A DNA stretch of 37,187 bases from the IMG/VR virus record IMGVR_UViG_3300014204_000132; one strand, 5' to 3'. The position numbers and the translations under genes were made by a program. The stretch's first letter is position 1, and each line of letters starts with the position of its first letter. The notes below the pieces were generated by a model that did not search any database, was not told the origin of the DNA, and saw nothing but the letters and a program-made list of their open reading frames with translations. Below, in pieces: positions 36,791 through 37,187 of the stretch. This DNA is from a virus (Duplodnaviria > Heunggongvirae > Uroviricota > Caudoviricetes).

Positions 36791-36799
36791 TAATATATA
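36791..36799 (+). promoter_or_regulatory. TAATATATA motif (putative late promoter)
   Basis: Exact motif 22 nt before the ATG at 36822. Confidence 0.6.
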
Positions 36800-36821
36800 A
36801 AATAAAATCAATATTAATATT

Positions 36822-37091
36822 ATGAAAATATTATCTTATACTAAATTTAATGAATCTGAAGATTCAACCAGATATACATATATGATGCTTAGTAGGCTTC
36901 AACAAGACTGTGATTATTTCCTTGGTCATGGTAATGGTGCTGAAAAACATTTATGGGCTGGTTCAGTTGAAGGTCAAATATCTGAAATGAGAAAACTCTG
37001 GAATGAACTTGAAATAAAACCAGAATGGATATCAAAAGAAAATATTGATGAATACGAAAAGAAAATGTTACAAGTAAAAGCTGGTGAATAA
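36822..37091 (+). CDS. LPD11 (large polyvalent protein-associated domain 11) protein
   Basis: YMMLSRLQQDCDYFLG...HLWAGSV..QI.EM..LW...KPEWIS.E.I..YE..M follows the LPD11 pattern. Confidence 0.8.
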   Translation: MKILSYTKFNESEDSTRYTYMMLSRLQQDCDYFLGHGNGAEKHLWAGSVEGQISEMRKLWNELEIKPEWISKENIDEYEKKMLQVKAGE

Positions 37092-37187
37092 TTATTATTT
37101 TTTCTTATTAAAAACAATATAAAATATCATTATTAATAAATTAAACTTTTCATTCGAACTTTTCTATAAATAGAAAGACTTTATTCG

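Noticed and set aside
1-37187. tRNA/rRNA genes, integrase, transposase or diversity-generating retroelement
   Set aside because: Intergenic gaps are short and accounted for by terminators or promoters. I found no cloverleaf, no recombinase or RT motifs, and no adenine-specific TR/VR repeat pair.

Overview
AT-rich (roughly 25-30% GC by eye), gene-dense, mostly + strand window that reads as part of a very large tailed-phage genome with T4-like logic. Support: intrinsic terminators, overlapping ORFs, standard code, no Shine-Dalgarno motifs, and an aminoacyl-tRNA synthetase beside virion genes. Left to right it holds: (i) the 3' end of a methionyl-tRNA synthetase and a DUF4116-repeat gene bracketed by a 30-bp direct repeat plus hairpin; (ii) an ~18-kb block of putative virion fibre/structural genes built from shared modules (duplicated two-gene unit, N-terminal KxxGKQ motif, common C-terminal domain, SLST coiled-coil repeats); (iii) small effector-like genes (SprT-like protease, two ADP-ribosyltransferase-like proteins, one unknown, and an LPD11 protein at the far right), all starting with a T4 capsid-targeting-like peptide; (iv) three DUF2827-like GT-B proteins flanking a ~50% Ser/Thr fibre gene, then an ~17-kb, 20-gene cluster of glycosyl-, methyl- and sulfotransferases with no export or polymerase genes. 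The best candidates for undescribed systems are a phage-encoded pathway glycosylating SLST-repeat virion fibres, and a peptide-tagged set of capsid-packaged effectors. All family calls come from motif recognition by eye; no database search was run.
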